This document shows positions 27,576-37,895 of a stretch of DNA of 64,000 bases, piece by piece. The notes below the pieces were generated by a model, which ran no database searches, was not told the origin of the DNA, and worked only from the letters and a program-made list of their open reading frames with translations. The DNA lies in IMG/VR virus record IMGVR_UViG_3300036769_000405. One strand, given 5' to 3'. Every line of letters starts with the position of its first letter. The stretch's first letter is position 1. The position numbers and the translations under genes are program-made. This DNA is from an uncultured virus (IMG/VR IMGVR_UViG_3300036769_000405) (Duplodnaviria > Heunggongvirae > Uroviricota > Caudoviricetes).

Positions 27576-28865
27576 ATGCAGATTTCAGCAAGAGGTGCGC
27601 AGAAGAAGCGCGAAGAAAGTAAGAAATTGGAAATGTATTCAAAGCAGTGGTTACCTGGTGACACACTCAGGGTTTTCTACCCTATCTTTTGGGTAGAGGG
27701 GCATCCGGAAATTGCAGTAGGTGCTATTTGGGGACACAGTGTTTCCGATATTAAAGCACTTAAACTTAAAACTGCATTTATTCCGTCCACAACAGAATTT
27801 GATGAAAACGGTATGCCTATTGGCACTCCGGATGTTACGTATCAGTTCAGCCAGATCGCACGTGTTTTTGTAAATGGTGCAAAGATGATTGAGGAAGCTC
27901 AGATCTCAAAGAAAAACTGGCCTACTGAAGCAGCCCGCAAAGATGCATTGATGGAACTTGAGAAGAAGTATGATACCAAGAACAACCAGAATGCGGTTCG
28001 TCCTATTATTGGACGTGCACAGTATTACATCAGTACTGAGGTTATCTCCATGAAGCTGGTAAATGATCAGCCGAATTTGGATTCACTCAAGTTATCTTCA
28101 GCCCCGCTGTCAAATCAAACAATTAACAAACTGTATGCACTCATGGCAGATCAGAAATACGCCCCTGTAGAGGGTGATGAATTCTTTGAAGTAGAATGGA
28201 AGTACCCTACAGATTCAGACAAAGCATCATCAGCACGATCCGCAACAGTAAATGGGTTAACAGCTGAATACAGATCACCTGTTGCCTATCCGGATGCCTA
28301 CAAGACATTGTCAGGACTGTTTGGTATGGTTGCAAGAGATTCCGAAACAATTACAAGACGTGCTACTAGAATGATCGATCCGGCGCGTGTAAGAGCCGCT
28401 TTAACCCAGTATGCTTTTCTGTCCAGTGAGTATCTGGACGTTGCATCAGAAGAAGATGAAGAAATCTTGTTAAATCATGTTGATCTTATCCAGGAGTTGG
28501 ACGTTACCCGTGCGCTTACAAATCAGGAATTGGTTCAGAAGATTCAGCAGGCAGTTGCCGAGGCTGACATTAAGAGACCAAATGTTCCCGAAGAAATTCC
28601 AAGTATCACCGAACCTGCAACAGCATCATCAGCTATTCCGGAGAATCCTGCAACCGCTGTGGATTCGGCAATGCAGTCAGTACCTGATCTTTCATTAGTA
28701 GCTGGTGCACCGACTATGCAGTCTTTGATGACAGAAGCAGCACAGCAGCCAGCAGCTACACAGACAGTAGCTCCGGCATCAATGCAGTCGCTTCTGAACA
28801 ATCAGAACAACATCAGTGGAGACGAAGCCATGTTGGAGGATGTAGACCTTACATCTATGGTGTAA
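27576..28865 (+). CDS. Putative ssDNA-binding/recombination protein
   Basis: TLRVFYP near the N-terminus (like phage gp32-type RFLP), Ala/Pro linker, acidic-hydrophobic tail DEAMLEDVDLTSMV, position before Rad50/Mre11. Confidence 0.45.
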   Translation: MQISARGAQKKREESKKLEMYSKQWLPGDTLRVFYPIFWVEGHPEIAVGAIWGHSVSDIKALKLKTAFIPSTTEFDENGMPIGTPDVTYQFSQIARVFVNGAKMIEEAQISKKNWPTEAARKDALMELEKKYDTKNNQNAVRPIIGRAQYYISTEVISMKLVNDQPNLDSLKLSSAPLSNQTINKLYALMADQKYAPVEGDEFFEVEWKYPTDSDKASSARSATVNGLTAEYRSPVAYPDAYKTLSGLFGMVARDSETITRRATRMIDPARVRAALTQYAFLSSEYLDVASEEDEEILLNHVDLIQELDVTRALTNQELVQKIQQAVAEADIKRPNVPEEIPSITEPATASSAIPENPATAVDSAMQSVPDLSLVAGAPTMQSLMTEAAQQPAATQTVAPASMQSLLNNQNNISGDEAMLEDVDLTSMV

Positions 28866-28883
28866 AATTGTAGATAGGAGGTA

Positions 28884-28915
28884 TGCGGAGGGTTTTGATT
28901 TCTTAACCCTCCGCA
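28884..28915 (+). promoter_or_regulatory. 11-bp stem-loop between an AGGAGG and the Rad50-N start codon
   Basis: TGCGGAGGGTT/AACCCTCCGCA. Confidence 0.6.
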
Positions 28916-28924
28916 ATTCTTAAT

Positions 28925-29878
28925 ATGGTACTCAAACAAATTATAACAAGAAATATACAGAATCACCGGGAGGTTGTGATCGATTTACCTCCTACTGGTT
29001 TGATCGTATTTACAGGAGCCAACAGTAATGGTAAATCCGTTATTGTTAAAACAACTCGTTCCTTATTGAATGGAGACTTGCGAAAACCTAGAAAGCGCGC
29101 CTCTTTAGTTAATCGAAATGCTACATTTGGTGAGATTACATATGTACGAGATGATGATATGCGTTTAACATGCCACATTGCACGTGAAGCCAGTATGACT
29201 TACTTTAAGTTGGAAGTACCTGGTGAAGATGCAATTGTTCGTTATCTTGCGGATAAGTCATACTCAGAACTTATGCATACTTTTGGTTGGCATTATGATG
29301 AACAAACTGGTATTAGTTTGAACATCGCTGAAGAGGAAGATGCTTTGTTGTTCTACAAAACGAGCAACAAGATTAATGCAAGTATCTTGGAGACTGCAAC
29401 AACAGACTCTACGGCAGACAAAGTATCTGAGGCATTCGAAAATACATTAAAGGATGCCCGATCATTTCGTGAACAATGTATACAACAGGTTAGAACTTAT
29501 TCTAGTTCACTAAATGAATTAAAGGTAGAACCTATTGCTCCACTAATCGAAAAGAGTGAGAAATTATCTTACTATTTTAGAAACTTGGAGGGAGTTTATT
29601 TACCTAATTTACCTGAAATTCATGCTGTACCTGTCGTGCATTTTGCAAATGTATATATGCCGGAATTACCTGTTATCAAAGCAATTCCTAGAGTTCATTA
29701 TGCTAGCATTTATTCTCCTAGCATTCCTGTAATACGTTATCCGAAGATCATGAATATCTCATGTCATATTCCGGATATTATCTCTGTAGCTTCAGAGTTA
29801 AAGGCACTTCGTGAACACAAGTGCCCTACATGTGGAAGGGGGTTTGATTGTGCTTGCACGAATACTATTTCTGACTGA
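28925..29878 (+). CDS. Rad50/SbcC-like ATPase, N-terminal half
   Basis: LKQIITRNIQNH, Walker A GANSNGKS, short coiled coil, C-terminal CPTCGR zinc hook; no Walker B. Confidence 0.8.
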   Translation: MVLKQIITRNIQNHREVVIDLPPTGLIVFTGANSNGKSVIVKTTRSLLNGDLRKPRKRASLVNRNATFGEITYVRDDDMRLTCHIAREASMTYFKLEVPGEDAIVRYLADKSYSELMHTFGWHYDEQTGISLNIAEEEDALLFYKTSNKINASILETATTDSTADKVSEAFENTLKDARSFREQCIQQVRTYSSSLNELKVEPIAPLIEKSEKLSYYFRNLEGVYLPNLPEIHAVPVVHFANVYMPELPVIKAIPRVHYASIYSPSIPVIRYPKIMNISCHIPDIISVASELKALREHKCPTCGRGFDCACTNTISD

Positions 29879-30932
29879 CTTCCATAAGCGTTATAAAGAC
29901 TCTACATCAATAAAAGGTATTCTTCCTGTCCAGCAGAAAATACAGGAAGAAATCATCAGCTTCATTAAGGCAAATGATGTAACCCATTGTATCAGTACAG
30001 GTGATTGGTATGATAGTGGATTTCATGGATTAGGTCCAGCTTACGGATCAATGGAAATGGACCGACGTTTATCAGCAGCCGTTAATGGTAATATGTATTT
30101 GTGTATTGGAAACCATTTCTATCTAGAAAGAGATGAGAATCCTGAAATGTACATAATCCAGCCTAATGCTTTTATCAAACCTTTAACACCAATTGCAGTA
30201 CCAGACAAGCCCATTTTTAATATGATACAAACCTTACAAATTGGACAGGTGCAAATAGATTTCTTCCACTACAATAAGTTAAACAAGAATTATGTAGCCT
30301 ACAGAAATCCTAACACAACTTTCCATATCGGTGTTTATCATGATGATACAGTAGTACCTGGTTGGGTCAGAGAACAAGAGGGTTATACAGGAGCCTCAAC
30401 ACAATCATATATGGATACTGTTTACAACAACATTGATTTGGCGATACACGGGCATATTCACACAAAAATTGGAATGACTTCTATACAGTTATCATCTGGT
30501 AGAAAAGTTCCTATGTTCATTCCTGGAGCACTTAGCATTACACAGAATAAGGAATGTTTTAAACATCAGGATGTGCAATTACCACTGATTGACATTGATG
30601 ATGACAGTACTGTACATGTGAAGCAAGCGACATTCTCTACACATTTGGCAGAACTGAAGTTCTATGCACCAAAAAAGAAGAAAGAACACCCATTAGTTAC
30701 AGAGGGTCTGATCGGAAAAGGTCAGTTGGAAATGAATCCAACAGATGCAGAGTTGAGATCACTGCCGGTATATCTGACTAAGAGAGGTTACGTTAACAGA
30801 CATTTGAACCTGGTCAACGCAGCTCTATCAGATACTTTGAATCTGGCAACAGCAGTAAGAATTTTAGCGGAGGTAGATGAAATACATGAGCGAACAGGAG
30901 ATAGTGAAATTACTTCAGGATCGTCAGAATGA
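29850..30932 (+). CDS. Mre11/SbcD-like metallophosphoesterase nuclease
   Basis: ILFLTDFH, TGDWYD, IGNH, HGHIH motifs; start probably 29844 or 29850. Confidence 0.85.
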   Translation: MLARILFLTDFHKRYKDSTSIKGILPVQQKIQEEIISFIKANDVTHCISTGDWYDSGFHGLGPAYGSMEMDRRLSAAVNGNMYLCIGNHFYLERDENPEMYIIQPNAFIKPLTPIAVPDKPIFNMIQTLQIGQVQIDFFHYNKLNKNYVAYRNPNTTFHIGVYHDDTVVPGWVREQEGYTGASTQSYMDTVYNNIDLAIHGHIHTKIGMTSIQLSSGRKVPMFIPGALSITQNKECFKHQDVQLPLIDIDDDSTVHVKQATFSTHLAELKFYAPKKKKEHPLVTEGLIGKGQLEMNPTDAELRSLPVYLTKRGYVNRHLNLVNAALSDTLNLATAVRILAEVDEIHERTGDSEITSGSSE

Positions 30933-31194
30933 GTTCATTGAAAAGAGAACTATCATTGAGACTGAGGTTAACAAGTTCCTCAAATCCTTAGAGAATCAGG
31001 ATGAGGACATTAAACAGAAGTGTGGCACAAAAGATGGTGTAACAGCGAGAGATCTGCTTCCGGCTTTATGGCTGGAACCATTCAATGAAGAAGAATACAA
31101 GAAGCAGAGGGAAGCTTTGGATACTTACATAGCTCAAGTATCAGCTGTGTGTGATCAGTTAAATCAGGAGGCAGCCGCATGTCTTCAGGCGTAA
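30886..31194 (+). CDS. Small coiled-coil protein within the Mre11/Rad50 operon
   Basis: Helical and charged; GGAGG SD. Confidence 0.7.
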   Translation: MSEQEIVKLLQDRQNEFIEKRTIIETEVNKFLKSLENQDEDIKQKCGTKDGVTARDLLPALWLEPFNEEEYKKQREALDTYIAQVSAVCDQLNQEAAACLQA

Positions 31195-32192
31195 CATTAA
31201 AAGCTTATGACTTGCTGAAAGCATTAAATGCTCTAACACCATTATTTCCTAAAGGTACATCCGAAATGCCAATAGGATTTCATTTAGCACAAGGCAGGCT
31301 TAAAATAGTCTGCCTTTCTGGTGTTATTTATCAGTCATCTCTGGTAACCTATGATGAATTAGCAGTAGGTCATGCAACAGTACTTTACCATGATATTACA
31401 CCATTAGTTCCAACATCAGGTCAAGTGGTAATTGAATTCACTCCTATAAGTGTTATTATTACTGGAGATGGGTTTTCAGTAGAATTACCGTTTGGTTACA
31501 GTGTTGTTGAGGAACAAGATTTCTCGAAGATTGTTTTCTCAAGCATTTCAAGTACAGGATTTTCAGAAAGTCTTAAACGATTACTAAACATGAATATCGA
31601 GAAGTTGTATAATACGATTTCTCCAATCACCATAAATAACGGATTAGCTTTACAGCGATTTCAAAATACATGGATTCAGGTTCGAGTACTTGGTCTACCT
31701 TTTGAAGCAGTTTTGGATTCAGAACATGTTAAGTTGTTAGTTAAATTTTCACCTACAGAATATTATGTAGCAAACAATTCTACACTTATATTCAAGAATC
31801 CTACAGGTATATTGCAATTACCTTGCAAAGCAAGTACGGACCACAGTAAGATTACAGACCTCATGGAAGATCTTGGTGAACCAGTACAACTTAATCTGGA
31901 GAAGTATCTGGATAAAGTTAAGCAAATGGTGAAAATTGATTCAAAACAGCATTGTAAAATCACAGTTTACAAGAATGGACTTAAGACTACTATTTCCTAC
32001 AATAACACCACAATGAGTGTTTACTCAGGAGATGTTGAGTCAGAAGTTGTTGCTGTTACACACTTGCCTCTTACATTGTGGATTACATATTTACGTGGAT
32101 TAGATTCAAGTGTTATACAGATATTAGTAGGAGGTGGAAAGATTTGCCTACGAACTCAATCAATGGTTATAGTAGCACGTGTGCTGCTTTGA
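31179..32192 (+). CDS. Possible divergent sliding clamp (DnaN-like)
   Basis: 337 aa; N-terminus LKAYDLLKAL...IGFHLAQGRLKIVC and repeated alpha/beta pattern reminiscent of beta clamp; DnaX-like gene in the same window. Confidence 0.45.
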   Translation: MSSGVTLKAYDLLKALNALTPLFPKGTSEMPIGFHLAQGRLKIVCLSGVIYQSSLVTYDELAVGHATVLYHDITPLVPTSGQVVIEFTPISVIITGDGFSVELPFGYSVVEEQDFSKIVFSSISSTGFSESLKRLLNMNIEKLYNTISPITINNGLALQRFQNTWIQVRVLGLPFEAVLDSEHVKLLVKFSPTEYYVANNSTLIFKNPTGILQLPCKASTDHSKITDLMEDLGEPVQLNLEKYLDKVKQMVKIDSKQHCKITVYKNGLKTTISYNNTTMSVYSGDVESEVVAVTHLPLTLWITYLRGLDSSVIQILVGGGKICLRTQSMVIVARVLL

Positions 32193-32845
32193 GAGAAACC
32201 ATTCAGGACTTAGATGTGCGTGTTCGATTAAGTGAGCAGAATCAAAAGCTTATTGACAGCTATACAGAGAAAGTTAAAAAGTTGGAAGAAAACATTGGTT
32301 TGTGTAATGGTGTTATTAACATTATTAAACCAATGCTCGAAGATGTACAAGAATACATCACAAAGCGCAGAAAGAACTCTATGCAAAATATCAACAATGC
32401 TTTGCGTATTGCTGGTGAAATTATTCAGGACGCAACTGAGGGTATCTACTTTAAAATGGATGGAGATGAAGCTTGGCTTTCCACTCCGGATGGATTGGAG
32501 GTAGATATTGTTGAGGGTGGAGGTTATCGCCAGATTTCATCTACATTCATAAGATCAGTTGTTTTAGCGGCAAACAGTCAAACATTAAACACTCTAATGC
32601 TTGATGAGATTTTTGCATTAGTATCACCTGAGAATTCAGCAACACTTTCATTATATCTTAATGTCATGTGTCAGGACAAACAGGTTATTTCTATCGAGCA
32701 GAAGCCTCAGGTATACAGCAATATTGACAGTATTACATACAAGTTTATTGCTGACGAAAAATATACAGAAGTTACAAAGAAAGTGATCAAGCGTGGAGAT
32801 TTCGTAGAACAGGGAGGAGTAGATAATGCAGTTCAAGTTAACTGA
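32144..32845 (+). CDS. Rad50/SbcC-like ATPase, C-terminal half
   Basis: Coiled coil, signature-like EGGGYRQ, Walker B LMLDEIF, switch region ISIEQ; AGGAGG SD before TTG 32144. Confidence 0.8.
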   Translation: MPTNSINGYSSTCAALRETIQDLDVRVRLSEQNQKLIDSYTEKVKKLEENIGLCNGVINIIKPMLEDVQEYITKRRKNSMQNINNALRIAGEIIQDATEGIYFKMDGDEAWLSTPDGLEVDIVEGGGYRQISSTFIRSVVLAANSQTLNTLMLDEIFALVSPENSATLSLYLNVMCQDKQVISIEQKPQVYSNIDSITYKFIADEKYTEVTKKVIKRGDFVEQGGVDNAVQVN

Positions 32846-33650
32846 GTTGTATAACACTAAGTATTTTTACGTAACTTACAATTGCGATTTAGTATACTTG
32901 TTTTCTACTGTTCTCAAGTTACAACAAGATAAGACAACAGTATATAATGCTGGTAATGATTTGCTTGAAAGTGTATATGATGCAGCAAAATCAGCAACTG
33001 CTATTCAGTTTGATTTAGCAGACTGTAAATTAACTCCTGATGTGATTCCAACGATACGTAATTACATGTCACAAGGGATTGAATTCATTGATACAAGGAA
33101 TTCATGGAGAAATACTATTTTGGCAGAGAATCGAAAGAGATTGAGTATTAATACATCAGCTTTTATTAACATGCCCAAGTATGATCCTACAGAACAAGTA
33201 CTAACTTATGTACAAAGTTTAAGCAAGGATGTTACATATAAAATACCATACAATGAGCCTGAGATTTATATACCACTTACTTACATCGTGATGGTAGCAC
33301 GTCCAAGCATTAGAATCAATATAGCAGCACATAATCTGGACTTCTTCAGCTTCATAGGATCTAGGTTAACTCTTGCCGATATAGAAAATTATACCGAGTT
33401 CTACTTTACGACACAAGAGGGCACAATAATCGTGAAACTGGAAGATGGTCTCATTCTTACTCAGAAATCTGGAAGAGTTGATTTGGAGTCAGCTTTAACA
33501 ATTGGATACTTAGTTCCAACTGTACTTGGTAGGGATAAAATCATTCAGGAGAGCTGCTGGAATCTTATCTTCAAAGAGTGTCTTGGTTTACTAAATGGTT
33601 ACAGAGCAACTAAGAAGTTAACTTTGGATGAGGTCTTATTACTTAAGTAA
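32826..33650 (+). CDS. Hypothetical protein
   Basis: 274 aa, GGAGGAG SD. Confidence 0.7.
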   Translation: MQFKLTELYNTKYFYVTYNCDLVYLFSTVLKLQQDKTTVYNAGNDLLESVYDAAKSATAIQFDLADCKLTPDVIPTIRNYMSQGIEFIDTRNSWRNTILAENRKRLSINTSAFINMPKYDPTEQVLTYVQSLSKDVTYKIPYNEPEIYIPLTYIVMVARPSIRINIAAHNLDFFSFIGSRLTLADIENYTEFYFTTQEGTIIVKLEDGLILTQKSGRVDLESALTIGYLVPTVLGRDKIIQESCWNLIFKECLGLLNGYRATKKLTLDEVLLLK

Positions 33651-33689
33651 GACCTCTACATTAAACTTACAATAAACAAGGAGTATTCT

Positions 33690-35717
33690 ATGATTACTAC
33701 AGGAATAACAAAAGAAGCTTTCATGTCTTTGCTTGAGGTAAAACTCAATGCTAATTACACAAATGAGCAGAAAGCTTTGATTGAATCATTTGGTGATGGA
33801 CCTACATTCTGTTTTGCAGATCCAGGTACTGGTAAAACATATACTGCAATAGGCGGTTTATTAACCGCTGAACTGTTTAAGGGAATTCCAGGGCAGAATA
33901 TTTATGCCCTATCTTTTACCAGACTTGCTACAGGAGAACTTGCAGTAAGACATGAAGCAGCTTGCCAGAAGCTTGGTATTTCAAGACAGGTGAACTTTGC
34001 AACATTACATTCATTATGTCGTACTATTCTGTTAGATAATTACAGATTACTTGGTATGACAAAGTTTGAGTCTACAGGTGCTTTAACAATGGAACGTGCA
34101 TACCGTATCATTGAAGATTCGTGCGCTGAGTGGGGAGTTGCAATTGAACCTCGGTCTATTCGAAGTGTAGTTAATGCTTGTTCTACGTTGAACGCTGCAT
34201 TGATTTTTGATCAGGATACAGTCATGACAAAAATGGTTTTTAAAGATTGCCATATTGATTATGAACTGTTTGAGCGTTTAAGAGGACTTTTATTCTCTTA
34301 TTCTCTCTTAACTGAAACTATCAGCGTTTCCGACTTACTGTTATACACAGTTATGTTACTTACGAGACATCCGGAAATTTCTCAGAAGTTTAAGGAAAAG
34401 TGCAAGCTTATGTTGGTCGACGAGGCCCAAGACCTCTCGCTCTTACAGCTACGTATCATATCACTTTTAACAGATAACCCTGTTTTGATCGGGGATATGA
34501 AGCAACAGATATATGGTTTTAACGGTGCCTGTCAGGAAGTTGTTTCTGAGTTCCACAAACTCTACCCAACATGTACTGATATGAAACTTACGCAGTCTTT
34601 CCGTTGTAAAAATGAGATTGCTGAGTATGCAAAGAAGATTATCCAATACAATGATATTGGTGGTGCAGATTATAAAGGTACTGGTGACGGTGGTTCTGTA
34701 CATGTTATCGCAGGACTTTACGAAAATGGTGCTGACATTGTTCATTTAAGTGAACACTTACACAAGGAGTTTGTTACCAATAATAACCACTTTCCAAAAG
34801 AATATTTATTCCTTGTACGTAATAACATTTCAATTATTCCTATAGTTGAAGAGTTGTTTAAACAAGGACTTCCTTTCCGGGTAAATAAGTATAAGAAAGC
34901 TTGTGAGGTTCCGGTTATCAAAGAACTTTGTGAATTGGTTCAGTTATGCGAACAGCCCTACAATGTAAATAATGTTCTTGCACTGAGATATCTTATTCCT
35001 GAGTTCAGAGAGTATACAAATATTTATACGCACCCTTACTACCAGATTTGTAAGAAAACAGGGTGTAATATATTTGAAGTAAACTATCAGTTTAGGAATA
35101 TACCCCTAGCTTCTAAGGCAATGAATATCCTTGTTGAGACACAAGAGATGTTGCATAATGGAGCAACAACCGGCGAATTATTCAATCATTTATGGCCTTT
35201 ATTTGAGGAGACTTGGTTGAGTGCAAATAAGTGGAAATTGGAAGCAAAACCTGAGTACTACTTAGCTTCTGTAAACACTCTAACACGAAAACCTTACCAG
35301 AAGTTCATACAGGATGAAACTCTCAAAATGGATATCATTAAAGAGAGTGAACGTTACGGTAGAGGTATTCGGTGTTATACCATGCATGCTTCTAAGGGTC
35401 TTGAAGCTGATATTGTCTACATCATTGATGCAGATGAGGGCTTGATTCCTAATGATAAGAAACTTAAAGAAATGATGGATAAGAAGTGCGATATGGATGC
35501 CGCTCGTGCTATACGCGAAGAACGTTCACTATGTTTTGTAGCTTGTACAAGAGCAAGGGAAGAATTGAATATCATTTACAACGATAAGCCATCAAGCATG
35601 TTACTTGGTGAAAATCAGTATGCTATGTTTGACAGTGTGTACAGTTACTATAAAACTGTTGGTGACGATATTAATTCTTTTGAGAAGTTTACAGAGAGGT
35701 ATATTCCGCATGAATGA
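33690..35717 (+). CDS. UvrD/PcrA-family SF1 DNA helicase
   Basis: ADPGTGKT, LSFT, TLHS, VDEAQD, IGDMKQQIYGFNGA, LTQSFRC, TMHASKGLE, EERSLCFVACTRA. Confidence 0.93.
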   Translation: MITTGITKEAFMSLLEVKLNANYTNEQKALIESFGDGPTFCFADPGTGKTYTAIGGLLTAELFKGIPGQNIYALSFTRLATGELAVRHEAACQKLGISRQVNFATLHSLCRTILLDNYRLLGMTKFESTGALTMERAYRIIEDSCAEWGVAIEPRSIRSVVNACSTLNAALIFDQDTVMTKMVFKDCHIDYELFERLRGLLFSYSLLTETISVSDLLLYTVMLLTRHPEISQKFKEKCKLMLVDEAQDLSLLQLRIISLLTDNPVLIGDMKQQIYGFNGACQEVVSEFHKLYPTCTDMKLTQSFRCKNEIAEYAKKIIQYNDIGGADYKGTGDGGSVHVIAGLYENGADIVHLSEHLHKEFVTNNNHFPKEYLFLVRNNISIIPIVEELFKQGLPFRVNKYKKACEVPVIKELCELVQLCEQPYNVNNVLALRYLIPEFREYTNIYTHPYYQICKKTGCNIFEVNYQFRNIPLASKAMNILVETQEMLHNGATTGELFNHLWPLFEETWLSANKWKLEAKPEYYLASVNTLTRKPYQKFIQDETLKMDIIKESERYGRGIRCYTMHASKGLEADIVYIIDADEGLIPNDKKLKEMMDKKCDMDAARAIREERSLCFVACTRAREELNIIYNDKPSSMLLGENQYAMFDSVYSYYKTVGDDINSFEKFTERYIPHE

Positions 35718-36174
35718 TCTCTACACAATACTAAAGAATATGGACTCTTCAATATTTGAAGAGTCTAGTTCTGAACAATCTATGAACTCAGCATTTGACA
35801 GAGATGGACAACCTTACAGTGTTGAACAATTTCCTAAAGAGTTTGCAAAAGCAATTTTGGGAAATAAGTACCTCAATAAGTGTTCCTATCAGTTAATGTC
35901 CTCATCTACTGAAACGATCCTTATTCAGGTGGACGAAACATATCCACCTGATGATAAACGAAGATTTATAGAATATCCTTTAAATTCTGATAATGAAGTA
36001 AAAACTTATGAACAGATGAAAGAGGATATTATGCTCGCGGCTGAAACAGTTTCTACAACTGTAGAAGAACAAGAGCGACCAAAAACGCACTGGATACTTT
36101 TATTTAGTGTGTTAATGGTAACACTTCTAGCAATAGGTGTGATTACTTTCAAGTATTTATTATCCCTTATGTAG
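35710..36174 (+). CDS. Hypothetical protein with C-terminal TM
   Basis: WILLFSVLMVTLLAIGVITF; start overlaps the helicase stop. Confidence 0.65.
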   Translation: MNDLYTILKNMDSSIFEESSSEQSMNSAFDRDGQPYSVEQFPKEFAKAILGNKYLNKCSYQLMSSSTETILIQVDETYPPDDKRRFIEYPLNSDNEVKTYEQMKEDIMLAAETVSTTVEEQERPKTHWILLFSVLMVTLLAIGVITFKYLLSLM

Positions 36175-36186
36175 CGAGGTGTCATT

Positions 36187-36756
36187 ATGGGTTTCAATTA
36201 CTTTAATTATGGAAACATTCATCCTTGCGGAATCTCACAAGGTAAAGTATTCTATATATTACCATCAGGTAAGCGAGTAGAATTTGAAACTAAGCTTAAT
36301 GTTGAGATACCAGAACAAACAAATCTGTTTATCTCGGACAGAGTTGCCTTTTTACTTTACCATGAAGATAAGATGTATATAGGTCGTTTTGATGACTCTA
36401 TAAGTATTTATAGAAAGTCTGATGAATTACTTGTCGGATTAAATAGTTGGAAAGCACCTATGGAATCTAAGACAGTTGTTTGTGGCTATTATAATAATGG
36501 TTACAGTATTACTGAAATACATCTGGATTTAAGAGATCGTCGCACAGTTTATATCTGTGGTGAAAACCATGAGGGAGTATTGAAAGAAGAAATAACAAAC
36601 AACATTTTTGATTTGGACAGGTCGTCTTTCAGTGCATCTGTGTTTGGTGACTCTAAGAATTATCACATTTATACAAAAGGGGGTAATGTTCTTGAAGTCA
36701 ATGATTGGCATATACAGGATGACGTTCGGAAGCGAAATTGTAGAATCTTTTTATGA
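36187..36756 (+). CDS. Hypothetical protein
   Basis: 189 aa, GAGGTG SD. Confidence 0.65.
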   Translation: MGFNYFNYGNIHPCGISQGKVFYILPSGKRVEFETKLNVEIPEQTNLFISDRVAFLLYHEDKMYIGRFDDSISIYRKSDELLVGLNSWKAPMESKTVVCGYYNNGYSITEIHLDLRDRRTVYICGENHEGVLKEEITNNIFDLDRSSFSASVFGDSKNYHIYTKGGNVLEVNDWHIQDDVRKRNCRIFL

Positions 36757-37261
36757 TTATGAAACGCATACAATCGGTCCTTACACAGTGCCTCTGAACA
36801 TTAGTTATAATCAGGGAAGTTGTCAAGGCAATGCTTTCTCTATGTACAGATACTATGACACAATGATGAAAGACGAAGAAGCTTTGGCTGTCTTTAACGT
36901 TAATAATTATTGCCTATGTGTCTTGCATAAGGATTATATTCGAATGATTCATGTACAACCAGCCTTTTCAAAAAGTGGGCAAAAGCCATTACCTGCATTT
37001 AATATTACTCCACCAATAACTGTTCCAGAATATAAACATATTGGTTGGGTAAAGACATATCAGAAATGCTTGGCAGTATACACTTGGCCCTGGCATCTTA
37101 TACAGAATAAAATTACCGGGGAAGTGTGGAATTTTAAGGATAAGATAAGTGGCAGACCTCTTGAAAACCCGCCGCTTGGATTATATAAAGAATTAGTAGA
37201 GACAGATCATCGCGGAGTCTATTTTGATCTTGATAAGAACGCGCCTGTCTTTATAGATTAA
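36608..37261 (+). CDS. Hypothetical protein (true start probably downstream)
   Basis: Open frame fills the gap to the next gene. Confidence 0.6.
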   Translation: MIWTGRLSVHLCLVTLRIITFIQKGVMFLKSMIGIYRMTFGSEIVESFYDYETHTIGPYTVPLNISYNQGSCQGNAFSMYRYYDTMMKDEEALAVFNVNNYCLCVLHKDYIRMIHVQPAFSKSGQKPLPAFNITPPITVPEYKHIGWVKTYQKCLAVYTWPWHLIQNKITGEVWNFKDKISGRPLENPPLGLYKELVETDHRGVYFDLDKNAPVFID

Positions 37262-37278
37262 GAAAGGAGAAATGTGTC

Positions 37279-37509
37279 GTGCCTGATTTCAGTACAGTAA
37301 TTCGTGATTTCGGTGTAGTACCGACAGTAATTGCAGTAGGTATCATTTTACTGATGATTTACTCAATTGCCAAAGGTGGTAGTAAAGGAAATGGTGGAAG
37401 CAGTACAGGTTCTAGCAAGAGCTCTTCAACTAAGAGTTCAAACACTCAAACTTCTACAACCACAGCCACAACAGAATCTAACAACTCAACTACGACACCT
37501 AATTCGTAA
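37279..37509 (+). CDS. Small single-TM protein with Ser/Thr tail
   Basis: AAAGGAG SD; VIAVGIILLMIYSI then S/T-rich. Confidence 0.7.
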   Translation: MPDFSTVIRDFGVVPTVIAVGIILLMIYSIAKGGSKGNGGSSTGSSKSSSTKSSNTQTSTTTATTESNNSTTTPNS

Positions 37510-37895
37510 TGGGGTTATTTGGTTCTAGTAAGCCTAAGAAAGATGCTCAGATCGTCTGGCTTGAAAAAGTCGACGCTGAGTATCAAAAGGCTTTTCAAAT
37601 AAAGAATGCTAACGGTCTTGTTGATTACATGACGCGTCCTTGTCTTTCTAAACTAATGGAGAAAATCAGATTAGGTGAGAAAGCGTACTCAGGACTGTCT
37701 AGATATCAACATACTACTTGGGTTAAAGAGGCAAGTACGGCTAATAGCATTACATACAGAAAAGAAGTAACATATGATCAGATTCAGATGTCACACGGAA
37801 TTATCGTTCCTGTTGGTGATGAAAATAAAGAGTACTGGACCATTGTTAATGACAATGGTATCAGTAGAGTAGCAGAGATAAGGAGAGCAGGTTAA
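37509..37895 (+). CDS. Hypothetical protein (possible NTF2/Tim44-like fold)
   Basis: YQKAF...LVDYMT...EYWTIV...VAEI pattern. Confidence 0.5.
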   Translation: MGLFGSSKPKKDAQIVWLEKVDAEYQKAFQIKNANGLVDYMTRPCLSKLMEKIRLGEKAYSGLSRYQHTTWVKEASTANSITYRKEVTYDQIQMSHGIIVPVGDENKEYWTIVNDNGISRVAEIRRAG

